DNA from: Nemertoderma westbladi
Lineage: Eukaryota; Animalia; Xenacoelomorpha
Direction: 5' to 3'
NCBI GenBank assembly: GCA_032718475.1
Contig: JAUCBJ010006711.1
Location: 124,001 to 188,000, forward strand
DNA: 64,000 nt
Position 1 is the stretch's first letter, and every line of letters starts with the position of its first letter. The position numbers and the translations under genes are program-made. Positions 39,836 to 49,964 of the stretch are shown piece by piece. The notes under the pieces were generated by a model that made no database searches, was not told the DNA's origin, and worked only from the letters and a program-made list of their open reading frames with translations.

Positions 39836-42790
39836 ACTAATAACTGACCCAGTCTATAGCGAAGATAGCCTGGGAAAGGGACCGAAGACGGATTACCATA
39901 GACCGAAACCAGAGCACAATACATCAAACGCATTACCAAGGCTCAGGCAATCATTGCCATATGCAGCAACGCAGGGGACTACAAGTCCACAGATAGCCGA
40001 AAGTAAGACCACACCATGGAACGAACAGGGGAACAATAACAACACGAATAAATATAACCCCAGTATGTCCAGTAGGCCGAATCCAAACAATAAGAATAGT
40101 AGGGACTTTGGTACAAACGCAGCTGCGATACGCAATGCGCTGTATAAGGAGGGCTACGACCCAAAGAGCAAATGCCAGCTACACGCAAATGCGCTTCATC
40201 AGACCATGAACTGCAGGTACTGGCAGGCGCTACCTAGGCAAGATCAGATAGATTATGCGTTGAGCAATAAAATCTGCTCGCGATGTGTGATGAGTGGACA
40301 TAGAGCAAGGGAATGCAAGGAGAAGCCGGTAAAGTTCGGTCAAAGGAGAGGCCAAACGATGGCAACGAGCACAGTAGGGGCGAAGAAGAGAGGAACGGTG
40401 CTACTTGGAGTAGTACCCGTGCGAGTGATTGGGGAAGGCAATCGATCAGTAACAACACTAATGCTGGTCGATAGTGGAGCAGCCTTCACATTAGTCGAGG
40501 AATGGGTGGCCGAAGAGATAGGATTGAGAACGAGGCCAAGCAGAATGGCGGTAACAACCATCTCTAGCAAAGATGAGATCCTGGAGATGAGAACCGGACG
40601 GTGCGCAATTGCAGCAGTGGCACCGGGATGCGACTATGGGGCAACCATCGACCCCATCCAAGTGATAGAGTCAATTAATATCAATGCCAGGCGGCCAACC
40701 AACATCGAGGTCGAGCAATATAAATTCCTGGACGACATTGACTTCTCAATCCCAGATGTGGACATTAGGAAGGTATCCATCATAGTAGGAATGGACTGCC
40801 CAACGGCCCACGAAAGAATGCAAACGGTCTTCGGTGAAGACAAGCAGTGTGACCCGGTGGCGATATTAACACCATTCGTGCTGAGTGGCCCAATCAAGAG
40901 CAAGATACCATTTAGGATGTCGGAGACATCAGGATGCATGTTCGCGGGAACAATGCAGGAAATGGGTGATGAGGGAGCAGAGGAGCAGCTTAAAAGACTG
41001 CTCAAACAAGATTTCGAGGGACTGAAAGAGACCGGGGTCGGGACCTCGGTAGAAGACAAGCAGGCTTTACAAAGCGTGGAGGAATCGATGACATGCGATG
41101 AGGGGCGGTATACTATAGGAATGGTATGGAAACTACCGAAGATACCACTGCCCGATAATAGAGGGATGGTACTCACGAGACTCCGCAAGCTGAAACAAAC
41201 ACTAAAACGGAGCCCCGAGAAGAATGAGTACATCCACAGAACGATTAAGAAGTACGTCGAGAAAGGATGGGCCGTGGAGTTACCGGTCGACGAGCCGAAC
41301 ACGGACAGGACATATTACCTGCCACTCCACGTGGCTTTAGACCCAAAGAAAGGTAAACTGCGGATGGTAGTTGACGCATCGGCAAAGACCAACGGGAAAT
41401 GCTTAAACGACTATCTGTTAGAAGGTCCAAACATATACAACTCGGGCATAGAGGTCCTACTTAGATTTAGGAATGGGAAACACGCCTTCACGTGTGACAT
41501 AGAAGGCATGTTCAACCAAGTCCGCGTAACGAAAGAAGATAGCGACAGTCAACGCTTCTTATGGTATAACGGCGAGGAAGAACCGTCGATAATACCGGCA
41601 TATAAGATGGTAGTACAAAACATGGGGGCCAAGTCGTCTTCATTTACGACGACTATGGCAGTGAGAGACACAGTGAAGGGGAAGGAAGATAGATACAGCA
41701 CTAGGGCCGTCGATATGATTCGACGCGGCTTCTACGTAGACGACGGAATGGAGTCTGGAAATACGGTTAAGGAGATACTGGACACAGGGCGCGTGGTTCG
41801 CGACATCCTGAAAGGATCCGGCTTTAACCTGACCAAATTCCAATCCAGTTCGGAAGAATTTATCAAGGCGATAGAGGACAAGAGACCAGAATCTACCATG
41901 GATAATCCCACAACAGCCAAAGGGCAGGACATGGCGAACAAGAGAACAGAATCTCAACAGAAGGCATTGGGAATCGTGTGGAACAGGGAGACAGACGAAC
42001 TGAAGTATCAGCTGAGCCAGGAGGGTGCAGACATCCACACGAAGAGGGGCTATGTATCGTATATAGCAAGGATATACGATCCCCTAGGTCTAGCATCCCC
42101 ATTATTAGTCACGGGGAAACAGATACTCAAGAGAGTATACAAATTGAAGGATGAGTGGGACGTAGAGGTACCAGAGGAAATCAAGAAACAGTGGAGTAAG
42201 TGGACAGGAGACTTGGAGAAGATGGGAACATACAACATGCCACGAGTGTATTTCCCGGATGGGAACATGACGAATCTGGACCTACACATGTTCTCCGATG
42301 CGTCGTTGGAGGCGTACAGAGCGGCACTCTATTTAGTACAACGAGAGGGGGCTCATAAGCCCAGACTGGCCTTTAGCAAAGCAAAGTCAACGCCGCCAGA
42401 TTCAGCATCAGTTCCCAAGTTAGAATTGACAGCTGCGAGACTAGGAGTTAGAGCCACAGCCTACCTAGTGGATACTATTCCCAACATAGTGGAGACACAC
42501 TACTGGACGGACTCTATGGTAGTGCTTGGTTGGCTACATAACGAAAGGACGAGATACCCAATATTCGTCGCAAATAAAGTGGACGAAATAAGGGCGACCA
42601 CTGAACTGGAAAGGTGGCACTACTGCCCAACGGACGAGAACCCAGCGGACTTGTTGTCGAGGGGCGTGGTACGCCACACTTTCTTGAAGAAGGAAGTATT
42701 GTGGCAACATGGGCCACAATTTCTGAGCGATAAGGAGGCCTGGCCGCCGATGAGAAAGGTGGACCCGGGCTCAGAAGTAGTGTCAGAGGG
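39786..42790 (+). pseudogene. BEL-A gag C-terminus + aspartic protease + reverse transcriptase + RNase H (integrase missing)
   Basis: CSRCVMSGHRAREC knuckle; LVDSGA protease; YLPLH, DIEGMFNQV and FYVDDG RT motifs; LHMFSDAS, YWTDS and NPADLLSRG Pao-type RNase H. The last residues of the 1010-aa ORF are read from the BEL-B LTR. Confidence 0.95.
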
Positions 42791-44444
42791 TGATAAACAA
42801 CCGCGACCTCTATACTAACAGCAGAACTGTTGAACAGACCAATACCCGTTAATATCCTTCTGCCAACCTAATAAGTTCTCGTCTAACCAATAAGACACAA
42901 AGACTGCTCTACTGTTAAGTAAAGGGGCTCAGGAGCGTGATATTACTAAATTGTAAGGGTTGCTAAATACAAAACCGCTACTTACCGTTAGATGGCGCTA
43001 ATCTGCCGTCCGCTAATATATTTACTAATTTTACACAACTCCTGCAAAATCGCTTGTTCCTTTCTCTACCGATTGCTCAATAGAGAGCTAACTGTTCGAA
43101 TCTATGAGCCACGCAGGAATAACCAAAACAATAAACCCGAGTCGGCTCCCTAAGCTTACTTAAGACGAGTGCGAGAGGCCTTGCACTCAGAGTATTCTTA
43201 CGCCTAATTCTATCACTATTAAAGCACGCTATTACCTACGTCTTTTCTAATCGCGAATACTGGGGGTTCTCTAACGTAATGTGTGAATGCGAGAATATTT
43301 AAAATATCAAAAATGGTACAGTAATTGTCTCTCGTGGATAGTACCACTCTGGGTCTAAAATTGCCTGCAGCTGGCTTTAGGCCAGCAAATCACTAGCGTT
43401 TCGTGCGTACCGAATAGTGCGTTCTAGCTGATTGTCCGCTAATGCAAATAACCGCTCAGCGTGAATAGTTTACAGTACTCTAATTATTACTTTAGCTACT
43501 CTCCGCTATGCTGCGTACTAATTCTTAATTTTACTAATCAATTACAGTCACAAATATTTAACAGCGTACTAATTACTAAGAGTTCCAGAATACGTAATTC
43601 TAATTTATCACGCAACAGGTTTCGCTAGTAATAGCCTAAATTGCCGTATTACTTTGACCTAATCAGTAACTAATTGTTGTAACTAAGAAATAGAAATCAA
43701 TCAAAGAGAAAAGAGCGCCTACCTAAACATTCACAATCATAGGCACACTTCAGTAACACACCAATCAGCGTCAGCAATCACAGTTCGCAATTATGCAGTT
43801 AACTACTGTATAGCCCACAATTATGCGACTCACTATTCGTACTACACGCTCAACGTTCGAAACGTTGTGATACGTGCAGGCCTCTCCCGGGTACATATAG
43901 GACTCCTAACTAACCTGATTCCCGCCCCCCTAATACTAAATAGAGACGAAACCTGGATCATCAGCCCCCTAATTACCGTACCGGCGATTGGTCTGCGTAC
44001 CACAGCGTTAACTTCCCGACCGCAACGGTGACCCCACGCCAGCGTTGCTCGCTTTGAATCCTCCGCTCTCCCTTAGTCGCCCAACCCCCCGATGTGCCCA
44101 CCGCCCGCTGGCGCCTTAGCCCTCCATTACGCTAATAGCTACCGTAGCGGCGCATGCAAATCACAAAGTCTGACAGTCTCAGAAATCCCTTAGGATTATT
44201 GCGCAGGAAAGAATCACATAGAACCATTAATCAAAAGTAGAAATCATAGTTCAGTTGTAATTAGCAGTAATCGAAGGAATTAATTGAGAAACACAAGCAA
44301 GAGTAATCGCACTAGCAAATCATTTCAAGAAATTAATCAAATTGCAAAAATACTCTAAAATCCGTCAAAATTGAATAGAGACAGCTCAGCAAGTACAACA
44401 GCAGTGAAGGTTGAATCGATCGATAGGCTCTACCGGCACACCGC

Positions 44445-44510
44445 CAATTTATAGGTGATCCGGATGGGATGATGCAATAGGGTGACTCAATCGCTCTCCT
44501 ATTGGCTCTC
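44445..44510 (-). promoter_or_regulatory. Putative LTR promoter (CCAAT + TATA box)
   Basis: Minus strand GCCAATAGG (~44500) followed about 50 bp later by CCTATAAAT (44455-44447). Confidence 0.4.
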
Positions 44511-44866
44511 CAGTCCATGCTAGCATTAGACCAACCTGGAAGCAGTTAATCCAATAAGGAGGCCGGATTGTAGCCCTATTGCTCAAATTATTACCATATA
44601 TGGTAATGGTTCACGTCTCTGGCTGCTGAATGGCCAGGACGGCGTCCCTATGCTAGCCCTATCAAACTAATATCAGCAAGCACAAAATCCAGGGTCCGAA
44701 TAAACTCGCTACCCTGGAACTATCTACATATATCCTAATACAAAATTACGTAGGTAGGGCTACATACTATACAAAATGGATGGTTTCAAATATATGGGCG
44801 TTTTGATTTCCCTACCTAAATACCACTGCGTTATTATGCCTTATCTAAAATATCATGCTGCACAAT

Positions 44867-44950
44867 GGACTAATATTACGTACAGTATAACGGACTAATA
44901 TTGCATACTGCATAACGGACTAATATTACATACTGCATGATGACTAATAA
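44867..44950. repeat. 25-bp tandem repeat (x3.4) in the putative U3
   Basis: GGACTAATATT(A/G)C(G/A)TAC(A/T)G(T/C)ATAAC repeated. Confidence 0.8.
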
Positions 44951-45749
44951 TATGGATACAGCGCCATATACCGTAACACCGCTCCAAGGGAAATCATACA
45001 ATGTTTCCCTCCAATTGTAGAAGAGTATAAGGTGATGTATACAAAACAAAATAAATTTCTTCCAACCAATCTAAATACTTGATACTATAGGTCCTACTAT
45101 TTACAAATATTGCTATAGATATTGCATAATGAATTACATACAAATTAAATTTACAAAATATTGTCTCTCTCACTGTTTAACGATTATTACATACAAATTA
45201 AATTTACAAAATATTGTTTCTCTTTCGTTCTACTACATAATGATTACTACATACAAATCAAATATAAAATTTTGCTAGGGTAAGTGAAAGGAGTAAGCCA
45301 AACCCGCAGGTTTGTCTCCCCAATCACTTCCTTCGCCTCTCTCATAATATAAATTCCAAATAGCTCAACTAGTGTATATGAGTCTAGTCGAAAATTTCCA
45401 AATGCTACAATATACATCAGAGCGACGATGATGTATATATCTAGAGTCTGTCGCCCTGTGCTATAATGTATTATCGACCCGCTCCTGGGTTCTTTGGGCT
45501 CGCTCCTCTCTTCCGCCCCCTTCCCAGATACACTAATCTACCTCCAGTCGACTCCGTTGACTGCGTCCGTGAGGCGTCACTCCCCGGAACCGGCGACGAT
45601 GTTCCCTGAGCCCCGACAGATTCCCGGCTCGTGCTTCTTCCTCGGCCTCGTCCCAATTGTCGTGCTCCTGTGGTCGCTTCTGCCAACTCTTCCTTATGCA
45701 GTTGCACTCGCGCCTTCTCCGACGCTCCCTGCGCCTTGCGCTGCAACCT

Positions 45750-48700
45750 CTATGCTTCTATAATAGAGTGATAGTGATCGTCCTTGACTTGACGCTTGTC
45801 TTGGACCCCTCCTCCTGGTTCTTTCCGCGAGCCTTGAGCTCCAGCGGTCGTCGCTGTGGTCGCTGCGATCCTTTGTTCCTGTATCCTCTCAGCGGTCAAT
45901 GAACCCACTGGCACATGAGTCAACAAGAATTCGTTGCGGTATTGTATAGCCGCCATCCTCCAATCACCTCGCGCGCGTACCACTTTTCTAGTCTCCGTAA
46001 ATACACCCTTCGTGATGCGATCGCAAATAGCAACGAAGTTCCATGTGTACTTATTGTCCATGTTCAATTGTCTGAAGTACTCTCGAACTACGATAACTCC
46101 AGTGTTTTGTGGAAGGTCTTGAGCAGTTAGGATGAGCTCCTGATATTGTGGTAGCGATTGTAGATATGGCTCGTACGCAACATGCGATGGGTCTACCGCC
46201 CAAAACCCATATCCCGCTTTAAATGGTAACCAACGCATCTGCGCTTGAATATGGTAATCCGCCACACTCTCCCACTTGTCTAACATCTCCCGAAGTAGGT
46301 TAGCGCTATGGTTTTGAAAGGAATCATCTCGCAGCTGACATCTCGCGCTACGATGTCCCTTTACCCCACAATATCCACATTGAGAAATGAAGACGGTGCA
46401 CGTGTGAAACGAATGGTCGGTCTCATTACACCAACGACAGACTTTATGTGCCGCCTCCACTACCGCGTCGCACGACTTTAGATTGTGCCTTGTGCTGCCG
46501 CACAACTTGCACCTACGCGCTTGTGGAAACCAGGCCCTCTCGTATATGAGGTCTCCAATCGGTTTCGCACTTCCTTCCTTCCCAATGTCTAATACGATGT
46601 CGTCCTCTCCAGTCAACGGTTGTCGATCCGGAACAAAGTAAACATCCTCGCCCTTGTCCTCTATCTCCAATATTTCCTCCCGCGTTCGTTTCGGATATGT
46701 CTTCTCCACCGGAAGATCTACTCCGAACACCTCTACTAACGTTTCCGGCCAGCCCTCCTTAACAGGTCTATCAGCCTCCGAGTGGAAGGGAGTACCAAAC
46801 CCGCGGGTTTGATTCCCGAACCACTTCTCCAAAGCTTCTGGCGTCGGATATTCCATCGACGGTCGGTCTCCCAAATCTCCGATGTTCTGTCGATATACTC
46901 CTTCGAATATCGCTAATCCTCTCCTAATCATCGACGTATTCTCTAACGATTGGTTGAAGAACGGGGTTAAGAAACGCTTCATCACGTCGGATTGGATTCC
47001 CCCTTTCGAGCGAACGTATTGATCTCCTCCGAATACCAATGGATGACGCTTCAAAACTCGCGCAACGATATCCGCTAATAAACAAGTCACCGTGTTCGAC
47101 TCAAGCACCAAATAATATTGTAGCGACGCACGGGGTGGCGCGCAAATGTTCCAATACACTAACGCTTGCCGCTTGAAGTGGGATTTGAACTCCGCTCCCG
47201 GTGGCGTGTTGTATTCGCCATACGCCTCCTCATACTTCTTTTGCGTCTTTAACTTAAAGTCCCAATTATACAACAAGTGTGCTATAAAGCCCATACCAGT
47301 CTTGGCAGAGTTGGGATACTCCCTATAAATTCCAATATCCTGTGCCCATAGCAACAATAGCTTGGTGTCGACAAACGGTCTCGGCAATCTATCTTCCAGA
47401 TCAGTCATGGCGTTGAAGTCGCTCTCCAAATCGCTCTGGACTCCCGATCCCACCTTGACGTAATCTTGGTTGAGAATAGCCTCTCTAACTTTCTTTGGTA
47501 ACATCCTGGCGTCGATACGCTCCGCTCCGTGCATACCTCCTCGCCTGCATACCTCCAAAATCTGTTCCCTAGGATCCTTCCCCTTCCGATATTGTGTCGT
47601 TATGATGGGCTCCGGTCTCTCTCGATCCGCCCTCACACGCATAAACACATGAGTCACACCATCGGCCGCACGAATTTGAATACACTTGCTGGTCAAACAT
47701 TCCTGATGGGACCCTCCTTCATTGTCGTAGAACATCACCCTCCAATCCTGCAGCGATTCCTCCGTCTTCCTCCACTGACGCTGAATCTCGTCTGATGGGG
47801 TCCACATGCGCTCGATAGCCTTGTGGTCATCATATCGGGTATAAGAACCCTTCCTCCTCAGCCACGTCTGGTCTACCTCCTCGTCGTCTGGGAATGTAGC
47901 CACCGCGACCCATACCTTGATGTACTTATCCAACCATCCGAATAGCTTACTCTCCTTCCCCGGAGCTCCAATCTTATCCAACGTGTCATAATCTGTGATC
48001 TGCATTGGGACATCACGCAAGAACTTCGCGCATAAAACTTCCCGTAGACAGTCAACGTTCCAATGGTCCGCCATTCTTACCATCGGCAAGAATCGTATCG
48101 CTTCTCGCGACTCCGGATGATCTACTAATATCGCAGGTTCGGTGCCGTCGGAATAATACACCGGTCCGGGTTGAGATACGACCTGTGGAACAAATCCGGT
48201 CACTCTCCTCGTCTCCTCTTGATGTCTATCCGCGGTCTTATTATACTCCGCTATCCTGTTCTCAAATAACTCTTTCGCCTTCGCCGCTCGCTCCTCCTGC
48301 CGCAACGCGTCTATGTCGTCCTGATGCTCAGGCGTGAGGCTTCTCACTCGGTGAGGTGAAGTAAACGTAGTCCAGGGACTCGAGAGCTCCAAACCCGCGG
48401 GTTTGGTACCCGAGTCCCGCGCCGCTTCGCGCCACGCCTCTAGATCCTTGTAGGCTCGGTACAGCGAAATGGCCGCTGCCGTCTCTATCAAACTGGGTGT
48501 CGAACAGGGTTTAATCTCCGTATACGGATCTAATGTCGTAACGGTCGGCGTAATGGGTCTCGGAGGTCGCTTTCCGCTGAAGTCGATACTGATCGTCGGG
48601 TTGCTCATCGGGTAACCTCCCTCGTTGTATCTAAGGAATTGGTGAGCTGGACATCGCGTTAATATCGGTTCCGGATGTTGCTCGTCTAGTCGGTCGGGAA

Positions 48701-49178
48701 TCGCCACGTCCTGTTTATTCATGCATTCACCACACTTGTAGAAGAGCTTGTATACGCTGAAGACTTTCGGCGTCTCCTGATCCTCGCCTCGAGTCCTCCG
48801 ATACAGATGCATTCCGTCGAACTGGTCTCGGACTGCAGGTAGAGGCTCCTCATGTCGTAAATACATATTCATATGGTATAGTCGTGCGATTTCCTCGTCC
48901 GGATCTGCGCTAATGTCGCACACGTCCAAAGCGAAGTCGTAGGGATACCGCGTGCGATACTCTCTCCGCAAGACTTCCATCCGGTCCCCCAACGCTCTCA
49001 TTCTTTCTCTCCGTAATTCTTTATCATAACTTGGTTTGTACTTCCCGTTCAGCTCCATCACGGACCGCCCATGGTAGTAAACGTTAGAGTCTTTACATCC
49101 TGGTCGCGCGAATGGTAGCTCCGCCTCCTCTCTGGCAGTAAATCCTCTGCGCGGTTGCGCTCTAATATCCCTCTCCAT
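45750..49178 (-). CDS. BEL-B extra ORF: DEDDy (WRN/EXD/Mut-7-like) 3'-5' exonuclease + three CCHC zinc knuckles, 1142 aa
   Basis: ExoI MFYDNE; ExoII LPKKVREAILNQDYVKVGSGVQSD; FVDT; GMGFIAHLL; ExoIII-like W..PP...LQYYLVLE. Knuckles CKLCGSTRHNLKSC, CRWCNETDHSFHTC, CGYCGVKGHRSARC. ATG start, uninterrupted. Confidence 0.8.
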   Translation of the reverse strand: MERDIRAQPRRGFTAREEAELPFARPGCKDSNVYYHGRSVMELNGKYKPSYDKELRRERMRALGDRMEVLRREYRTRYPYDFALDVCDISADPDEEIARLYHMNMYLRHEEPLPAVRDQFDGMHLYRRTRGEDQETPKVFSVYKLFYKCGECMNKQDVAIPDRLDEQHPEPILTRCPAHQFLRYNEGGYPMSNPTISIDFSGKRPPRPITPTVTTLDPYTEIKPCSTPSLIETAAAISLYRAYKDLEAWREAARDSGTKPAGLELSSPWTTFTSPHRVRSLTPEHQDDIDALRQEERAAKAKELFENRIAEYNKTADRHQEETRRVTGFVPQVVSQPGPVYYSDGTEPAILVDHPESREAIRFLPMVRMADHWNVDCLREVLCAKFLRDVPMQITDYDTLDKIGAPGKESKLFGWLDKYIKVWVAVATFPDDEEVDQTWLRRKGSYTRYDDHKAIERMWTPSDEIQRQWRKTEESLQDWRVMFYDNEGGSHQECLTSKCIQIRAADGVTHVFMRVRADRERPEPIITTQYRKGKDPREQILEVCRRGGMHGAERIDARMLPKKVREAILNQDYVKVGSGVQSDLESDFNAMTDLEDRLPRPFVDTKLLLLWAQDIGIYREYPNSAKTGMGFIAHLLYNWDFKLKTQKKYEEAYGEYNTPPGAEFKSHFKRQALVYWNICAPPRASLQYYLVLESNTVTCLLADIVARVLKRHPLVFGGDQYVRSKGGIQSDVMKRFLTPFFNQSLENTSMIRRGLAIFEGVYRQNIGDLGDRPSMEYPTPEALEKWFGNQTRGFGTPFHSEADRPVKEGWPETLVEVFGVDLPVEKTYPKRTREEILEIEDKGEDVYFVPDRQPLTGEDDIVLDIGKEGSAKPIGDLIYERAWFPQARRCKLCGSTRHNLKSCDAVVEAAHKVCRWCNETDHSFHTCTVFISQCGYCGVKGHRSARCQLRDDSFQNHSANLLREMLDKWESVADYHIQAQMRWLPFKAGYGFWAVDPSHVAYEPYLQSLPQYQELILTAQDLPQNTGVIVVREYFRQLNMDNKYTWNFVAICDRITKGVFTETRKVVRARGDWRMAAIQYRNEFLLTHVPVGSLTAERIQEQRIAATTATTAGAQGSRKEPGGGVQDKRQVKDDHYHSIIEA

Positions 49179-49964
49179 TATGCCTCGCGTATATACATAT
49201 ATATATATCCCAATAAGTGCCGTTACGTAACCAACTACACTGTGGGTAAATCAGTTAGATGTCGCCGAAGGACAGACCTCCCGAACCCCCCCCCCCCCCC
49301 CCCCCCCCGCCTTCCAGCAGTTCAGGTTCGACTCTCTAGATCCCGTCTCTTCCTAACTAACTATCCTCTAACCTATTCCCATGCATAGCGCAAAAACTTT
49401 GGAGATAACCAACCTTTGGAGATGGCCGTGACCAACTCACTTTTTGATGCCCAAACTACTCCCATTACTCGTACTAAACTACAGTAGTTAGAAAGGACCA
49501 TAGCCACAATACTCGACTATACCAAACCCACAGGTTTGATAATCGAACATCACACATCCTGCAAACTACTGAGTGGGGTCCATGTACGCCTCTGGTGCTA
49601 CTAACCTTTAGCACCTTAGTTGCACTGTTGGCACCAATCTGTGGAAGTTGCTAAACTCAATTTACACTCCTACGTAATATAGCCGTCACCATGGTTTCTA
49701 AATGCTATTTTCCAGGCTTCACAACTTTTCAAATTACTGTTTATCTATAGACGAATTCTAAAACGCGTCTATACACAGCGTCTGGAATTGTCTTGGGTTC
49801 ACTTCTAATTTTTAAAATTTTGTAATTTTCCAAAAATTTTGAAAATAAAATTTTGTTTTGATACCCACCAGACAAAACTCAACGCAAATCACCACAACCC
49901 CGCTCCTATGCATTTCCTTGTATTTGCATACGAGGAATGCATACGATGTGAGTTGCGTCCAACA

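Larger units (their letters stand above)
35356..42790 (+). mobile_element. BEL/Pao LTR retrotransposon BEL-A, copy 2, 5' part
   Basis: Same GGAGAT|TGTTA junction as copy 1; continues through gag, protease, RT and RNase H; interrupted at 42791. Confidence 0.95.
42791..45326 (-). repeat. 3' LTR of BEL-B (42791-44455 matches the other LTR; extension to ~45326 inferred)
   Basis: 42791-44455 equals 59706-61370 with about 3 transitions seen. On the minus strand a purine tract GAGAGAGGCGAAGGAAG (45343-45327) directly precedes TGAT at 45326, and the LTR ends in ATCA at 42791. Confidence 0.65.

Noticed and set aside
45750-49178. Extra ORF as an envelope gene
   Set aside because: No evident signal peptide or transmembrane anchor; motifs fit an exonuclease plus CCHC knuckles.
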